Part shown: piece after piece, positions 60,834 through 64,000 of the stretch | Layout: every line of letters begins with the position of its first letter | Position numbering within the stretch: the first letter of the stretch is position 1 | NCBI GenBank assembly: GCA_017499595.2 | Contig: CM039005.1 | Location: forward strand, 930,001 to 994,000 | DNA: 64,000 nucleotides | Reading direction: 5' to 3' | Source: Psilocybe cubensis | Lineage: Eukaryota | Notes under the pieces: model-generated | Told to the model about the DNA's origin: nothing | The model's database searches: none | What the model saw: only the letters and a program-made list of their open reading frames with translations | Made by a program: the position numbers and the translations under genes

Positions 60834-62016
60834 GCCCTTCCTTCCCTGCCTGGCACCGTCCGCGTTCGATCGAGTCTCCCTCCCTCCCCCTCGTTTCTTT
60901 GGTTCTTGATTATCTTGATTATCTTGATTTTTCTCGGTTCGGTATTTATTGGGATTTCTTTTTTTCTCTTTCTTGGTCTTTTTATTCTCCTTCTCCGATT
61001 CTGATATCACGGACGAAAAACTCGAACTTACATTTCCCTACTACTACTATCACTACTACTACTATCACAACTAGCTAGAGACGAGAGACGAGACTGTTCA
61101 TGCCATTCTATTATTTCAAGTTCTATGACAATCACGATGGATACAAGTGTTGAATACCAATACCAATGCCGGGGTATATACCATCTGCCTTGACTGAAGA
61201 GTGATGAAATGTAAATTATTAGAGGATTTTCTTTTGCAAAGAACAGGAAGCGAATAGTGAATGATAATGCATACTGTAACTCTTGCGAAAAGGAAGTCAT
61301 CGATCTACGGTTGGATTATAATGCTTCCGTCAGATGTTGGGTTTTTTAAAACTTTTATTCGCTCACGTGCGCTGCGGGTTTTTAGACTCAAATTGCTAAG
61401 AAGAAAATGGACGGACGTCGGAAAGGAACAAGGAACGGATCGTGTCTGAGTTGAATATTCACGCTCCGATTCAGATAGTAGTTGGACTTGTCATTTGTCA
61501 ACCGTGAATGTTTGAATGTTTGACAAACATTCAGGTCATGTGTATTACACCCTTCCGAGGATTAAACGGCCAATATGATTCTCCGTTAATGATGAGGATA
61601 AAGTCAGCCTATGCTTTCGCATGCGCCATAGGTCACTACAATCGAGTATGTGAGCGCCGGAAGGTGTGATAGGTCTCAAATAACACTCATAAACAACGCA
61701 CTAGCAGTTACTGATTCTTTTTTTTGCATTGATAGATCTAACATCGGAGAGAACAGCTGCTGAGGTTCCACATGGATGTCCTTTGTTACGCTAGGACTCC
61801 GAAGTCTGTGTACCGGCGCTTTGAAGTTGTTAGAAATAACAGTGTCAGAAATAGTTTATTTCTGTCCAACAACGGAGATAAAGATGTCCCGAGAATAGGA
61901 CGCGCCCTTTGCACTGTACACTGAGTGATTAGAGATACCATAATGCACAAAAATCTATATAATGGACTGTCTAAAGATTAACATTCTTCAGGTTACCAAC
62001 TCCAGCCTACCAAACA

Positions 62017-62711
62017 ATGATGAACATCTTCTCTCTCGCCGTCGCCTTCCTGCTCAGCCATGCCTTTGTAGCGTGCACGCCCATTAAATCCGGAACTCTC
62101 GAGGTATGCCCATTGACATTATCGAAATTGCTTTAGGCATCACTAATTACCCTTACCTATAGTCCCGCAGCGCACAGACCTGTGCAGACCCCAGCCTCGC
62201 CACGCTCTTCGTCTCCTCCTTCAGCCATACCCGCACCGCGCACCTCATCGAGGTTCTGACCATCACCGTAGACTACCAATCCACCATCGGCACCGCGGAC
62301 GTCTACGACATCCAAAACCCGTCCTTCCTCGCCTGGGCCACCCCGCAGCCGTTCACCGTCCCCATACACCAAATCAAGCGCGGTGACGGGGAGGACTTTA
62401 TATTCCTCCCGGAGGTCAACGGCACCGTGCCGAGCGTGAGCGGATGGAGCACGGAGGGTGTCACGGCGTATGCGTATGCGACGCAGGTCTGCGGGAGCGT
62501 CCCACTGCTGAGTGTGTTTAACTCGGCCACGAGCGATCATTGGTGGACGACGAATGCGGCGGACCATGCGAGGCTGGTTGCGACGGGCCGTTGGGTCGAT
62601 GCGGGTGTGCCGTTCTATGTGCTGCCCTTGCGTGCGTCCATTAGACCATCTATATCTTTCACTCGTTTTACTGATTTGAATTGTCGGTTAGCTTATGATA
62701 ATGAACCTTGA
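62017..62711 (+). CDS. Small secreted protein, DUF5648-like, copy 2 (3 exons)
   Basis: Signal peptide MMNIFSLAVAFLLSHAFVAC, then QTCADPSLA...YATQVCGSVPLL...DHWWTTN...WVDAGVPFYVLPL. Same intron positions as copy 1. Confidence 0.78.
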
Positions 62712-63441
62712 GCAATACGCCGATGCTAGCGGTTCATGTCTGGTCATTTGGTATGTTATCCCATTTTTTGTAGTTTGGTCATGGTATATTGGTTACCTCG
62801 CACATTGTAGGGAGCTCAAGGAGTCATACGATCTCCAACGTTACTGTCTCTATTTGGCTCTAGTAGTAATTGCCTATTGGTGTCTTTGAAGCCTCGTACA
62901 TACTAATACAATGATACCAACTTCCAAGTTCATGAGTATGATGAGCAGAGAACCCACACAACGAGGCACATATGTTCATATGTAAGCCGAATGTCACAAA
63001 TGCGATTCGTGTCGATGAGCTTATACTATTTGCGATGACATCTTTAGCTATCCACTTGAGTTGAAGGCCGTCACTTCGTACGGCGGTGCGAGTCCTTGAT
63101 TTTCTAACTGTGATTGCACATTTACAGAATGGAATTCAATTGTGCGACTGTAAGGTGCCACCTTACCACAGTAATAATCGGACAGACAGCAGGGTCACCA
63201 CAACGACGCTATAATGCCTACATTTGAATTGTCCAAATTTGGTTGGTTCTTGTGAATTTTTTTACAGACATGCGTTACAGTGTGTACATTATGGATGTGG
63301 GTTGTAAATGCTGATTCAACTGTTTGGTGTTACAACTAACTTGTTTTTGTTTCAACTCTTACTTTCTGCATTTCCATTGATGAGAAGGCGTGTCTTCTTC
63401 AAATAATTGTGTCCCCACTATTTCAATCTATTTCAATGAAT

Positions 63442-63503
63442 TTAAAGTCTGAGGTCGGCTAAACGATAGCGGCTCAGGACATGGTGGAGTCCCCTTCATC
63501 GTG

Positions 63504-63536
<33 letters not shown>

Positions 63537-64000
63537 AGAACATGATCAATATTCTGCGACTCGGAAATGAGAATTCCTTGTACGTACATGGACCCGTTGA
63601 CAAATTCTTTGAACGGTTCGTAGGCCGGTGTGTTTGCGAGTACTTTGAGTATCCTCTCGTGAGCGTCCAAAGTGTCTTTGACTGTGTCTTTCAAAGCGTC
63701 CAGAGGACATTTGTGGGTGACAGTTGCTCGAAGATGTATATAATTGGCTGTCTCTCCTGCAAGTTCTTCTTTATAAAACCTAATAGTACATCATATGCAC
63801 ATAAAAAGATGAGGACCGGGGGGCAGGGATGAGAGAGATAGGGCCACTGTAGCTACTCACGAGAGAATATCGTTGGTTAAACAAATGAAGAGGGCTATGT
63901 CGTCCACGGCCTGAATATACGTTGCAACTTCGACTCCGAGCTCTTTGGGGAATATCATATATGCATACGCGTGCCCCGCCCCCGTTTTGAGGCGAAGAAA
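63442..64000 (-). CDS. Trichodiene-synthase-like terpene cyclase, copy B (3' part; 5' end lies beyond the window)
   Basis: FLRLKTG...TNDILSFYKEELAGETANY...HHVLSRYRLADLRL*. Near-identical to copy A. Confidence 0.88.

Larger units (their letters stand above)
59490..64000. repeat. Right arm of the inverted duplication, with an extra 1.4-kb segment (61517-62927)
   Basis: Reverse-complement match to 30970-34095, as listed for the left arm. Confidence 0.9.

Noticed and set aside
63504-63535. Long poly(A) run as a retroposed tail
   Set aside because: It is the poly(T) tract of the last intron of terpene cyclase B, longer than the equivalent tract in copy A (~31432-31445).
1-64000. tRNA or rRNA genes
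   Set aside because: GTTCGA hits were inspected but none sits in a cloverleaf. No rRNA-like sequence was recognised.

Overview
Fungal genomic DNA, most likely an Agaricomycete (mushroom-forming basidiomycete), judged from its short GT-AG introns and gene families. The first ~10 kb is a compact conserved block: 3' end of an S53 tripeptidyl-peptidase, SDH5, ATG11 and a lactose/cellodextrin-type sugar porter. The rest is a rearranged accessory region. It holds a 545-bp MITE with an 8-bp TSD, a GT1 UDP-glycosyltransferase, two atypical SDR paralogs, three intronless F-box-like genes plus a pseudogene, a DUF4419 gene, two trichodiene-synthase-like terpene cyclases in an inverted duplication, two secreted DUF5648-like genes, a ~1505-aa low-complexity orphan gene and an intact Ty3/Gypsy retrotransposon with identical LTRs. 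Main leads: (1) the 3' tail of the orphan gene recurs four more times and borders most duplicated blocks, like a core duplicon; (2) the near-identical terpene cyclase twins differ in two catalytic motifs (NDILS/RYRL vs NNILS/RYLL); (3) the retrotransposon has a ~1.1-kb ATG-free leader with ~290 open codons in frame with gag-pol; (4) its U5 carries a 10-mer complementary to the predicted T-arm of its primer tRNA. All calls come from manual reading. No database searches were run.
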